A stretch of DNA of 64,000 bases, from positions 3,534,001 through 3,598,000 of the forward strand of contig MU004181.1 of the NCBI GenBank assembly GCA_010093605.1. Direction: 5' to 3'. Origin of the DNA: Lophium mytilinum (lineage: Eukaryota). Of the stretch, positions 61,744 through 64,000 are shown in pieces. The first letter of the stretch is position 1; the number at the start of each line of letters is the position of its first letter. The notes below the pieces were generated by a model. It did no database searches. It saw only the letters and a program-made list of their open reading frames with translations, and was not told the DNA's origin. A program made the position numbers and the translations under genes.

Positions 61744-62646
61744 ATGAAGCTCCTTCTCTCCGCGGCCATATGCCTCCAGATTCTACATTTCACGAGTGCC
61801 CAGGGCTTCCAGAACATCAATCGCCCTCAGCCTGGAGACGTGAGCAATCACTACCCATCCCCTGAAGACGAGGGCAAGAATGTCAACATCAACAAAATCA
61901 CCATTGCGATCGGAGACGATGACGATACGAAGGGCAAACCCAAACATCCCCACTGGGATGGTGGCAGCAACTGTGATTTGCCACCAAAGAAGGAGGATGA
62001 CGATGGATGGGGCCCACCAAAGAAGGAAGATGACGATACGTGGGGTTCACCACGGCAAGGGCTAGGTCCCCGTGACGAGCGACTGGAAGCACGCAAGCCA
62101 TGCCCCAAGGAAGGATGCGGCCACAAGCATCACTCCAAATGGATCTGGCACCACAAGTCTACGAGGACATCGACATCAACATCGGTGTCTTTCCCTGTCT
62201 ATACCTGGAGTTTTACCACCAAGACTGGAGAAGCGACTGCGGCCCCAACTAGACATGAAGAACCCACTAGAGTGGTAGAGCCACCTAGAGTGATAGATCC
62301 ACCGAGGACTACGCTCTCGCTTGTCCAAACTTCACCACCTGCACCCATTCTTCCTGCTGGAGGGGCAGGAACCTGCCCGGCGACTTGCAACCCGGCCAGC
62401 GGCAAAAACTTCTGCGACGTCAGCACCTCGTGCATTGGTATCACTGGTGGCAAATACATGTGTGCTTGTGTCGCTGGATTCCGCGCCTCCGACACGTCTC
62501 CTACCGACTTCAAAGTCCAGGTTCGGGTTGACGGCTTCCCTTGGGTACTCGTTAAGCCAGGGCAAAAGTGCAGCCAGCTCTGCACTAAGCAGTCGGCACC
62601 GGATTGGTGTGGGGAGGTGCCTATCGACAACAAGTGCAAGGCGTAG
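61744..62646 (+). CDS. Secreted protein with Thr/Pro-rich linker and C-terminal 10-Cys EGF-like domain
   Basis: Signal peptide MKLLLSAAICLQILHFTSA; upstream TATAAA (~61597); CPATC...C...C...CAC..G...C...C...C...C; 33-bp duplication at 61981-62046 (PPKKEDDDxWG x2). Confidence 0.85.
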   Translation: MKLLLSAAICLQILHFTSAQGFQNINRPQPGDVSNHYPSPEDEGKNVNINKITIAIGDDDDTKGKPKHPHWDGGSNCDLPPKKEDDDGWGPPKKEDDDTWGSPRQGLGPRDERLEARKPCPKEGCGHKHHSKWIWHHKSTRTSTSTSVSFPVYTWSFTTKTGEATAAPTRHEEPTRVVEPPRVIDPPRTTLSLVQTSPPAPILPAGGAGTCPATCNPASGKNFCDVSTSCIGITGGKYMCACVAGFRASDTSPTDFKVQVRVDGFPWVLVKPGQKCSQLCTKQSAPDWCGEVPIDNKCKA

Positions 62647-63260
62647 GAACGAGTGGGCAATGGGTTGATCTTGAAAAGGGTGGTCATGTATCAGCTGTTT
62701 GGATGTTCGTGTCTCAGAATGAAGTATTCATCATCCAGTGTTCTCTATTTCATACGTGTCTTTTTGCTGTGATGTTTTGCCAAGCCGGCTTTTGGCGATG
62801 AGAGTTGTCGTTCTTGTACTAAAAGGCGGAGAGTTTATGAATAATCTATAATCAAGTCTCTCAAGTTACCTTATTCGAAGTACACTACTAACTGTAGCAA
62901 TTGATTTATGATGATTGAGCGCAAAAACTACGCCTTTACACCTCGTAGGAAACAGCAGCCATATGTGATTACGTCATGGTCAATCTGTGGTGCCGGAAAT
63001 AAGATTGTACTTAATAGCGCCGACGCGTTAGAACAGGGGCGCTACGTAGCCCGAAATAATCTCCACTCTCCCTCCCACTTTCTCTCCACTTCTGCGGGAG
63101 AGGACCGATGCCGCATCTCTTCCGCAGGCATTGTGGCCTCTACGTACATAACCTTACTTCCATGTTACAACGTTACCAGAATATCTCGTGAAGTCATAAT
63201 TCCTTCAAACTTGTTCAATGACTGGAGTGAGAGGAGAACAAATAAAGCCATATATTCGTG

Positions 63261-64000
63261 ATGAGCGAAGATCCAGAAAAACACGAAATCTCCCCCGCGA
63301 TCGAGGTTTTCGTCAACCCAGATTCCGCACTCCAAAACAGTTCGCTAGAATCGACGGATGCGATTCCCGAGGGAGGGTATGGATGGGTCATCGTTGCTTG
63401 CGCTGTATAGGCTCCCCCTACGCAACTCTCATCTATTTCTACGAAACGTTCTAACAAAGCGTTCAGTTCACTATCAACGGCTTCACTTGGGGGGTGGTGG
63501 CTTCGTATGGTGTTTTTCTTGCCTATTATCTTTCTCGTGATGTATTTCATGGAGCCACTGCCCTTGACTATGCTTTCATCGGTGGGTTGAGTTTCGGACC
63601 CGCTGTGCTTATAGCATCTCCTGTCACATACCTGACCAGACATCTTGGGACTCACATCCCCATGTTTATTGGCATTGTGCTCCAGACCGGCGGATTCGTT
63701 GCCGCATCATTTGCAAAGACCATTTGGCACCTATACTTGAGCCAGGGACTTCTTGTTGGAATTGGGGTTGGATTTATTTTCATTCCAAGTGTAGGCGTTA
63801 CGTCTCAATGGTTCGAGAAGAAGAGAAGCCTCGCCAATTCAATTACCAGCGCTGGCTCTGGCGTTGGCGGAATTATCGTCGCATTTGCGACACTGCCCAT
63901 GATCGAGAACATCTCCCTCGGCTGGGCTCTACGCATCATCGGAATTATCAGCGGTACGGTGAACGTAATTGCCACTTTTTTGATTCGCAACCGGAACAAG
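63261..64000 (+). CDS. MFS monocarboxylate-transporter-like (MCH family) protein; 3'-partial
   Basis: PEGGYGWVIVACA, intron 63405-63466, FTINGFTWGVVASYGVFLAYY...LYLSQGLLVGIG...QWFEKKRSLANSITSAGSGVGG; runs off the window end. Confidence 0.9.

Noticed and set aside
54587..64000. Secondary-metabolite cluster (P450 + reductase + MFS)
   Set aside because: The P450 is housekeeping Erg5 and no PKS, NRPS or terpene synthase is present in the window.
1..64000. CRISPR arrays, rRNA genes or prokaryotic operons
   Set aside because: The sequence is intron-rich fungal DNA; no repeat-spacer array or rRNA-like segment was seen.

Overview
Eukaryotic DNA from a filamentous ascomycete, probably a Dothideomycete (inferred from short GT-AG introns with CTRAC branch points, gene content and a RIP-mutated transposon). 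I can support 21 intron-resolved protein genes: two MFS transporters (both cut by the window edges), a GID4/Vid24-family protein, Med10, a PXA/PXC protein, a CENP-B-type HTH protein, DRG GTPase Rbg1, cysteine dioxygenase, a GT90/CAP10-like glycosyltransferase, ARPC5, Erg5, a MYND-finger protein, an MDR oxidoreductase, a Cys-rich secreted protein, two hypotheticals, a short spliced ORF and a cluster of four diverged F-box-like-motif paralogues. There is also an intron-containing tRNA-Lys(CTT) and a complete but RIP-destroyed 3.8-kb PIF/Harbinger-type DNA transposon with 30-bp TIRs and two convergent ORFs. The most unusual signal is an apparently spliced transcript at about 39.4-40.7 kb. It sits behind about 4.6 kb of gene-free DNA, has an ATG-free leader, and carries only two tiny ORFs (22 aa and 44 aa). 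Other points worth checking: a 1045-nt intron separating PXA from PXC, a GC-AG intron in CDO, and a PTS1 (SKL) overlapping a perfect 5' splice site. All calls come from reading the sequence; no searches were run.
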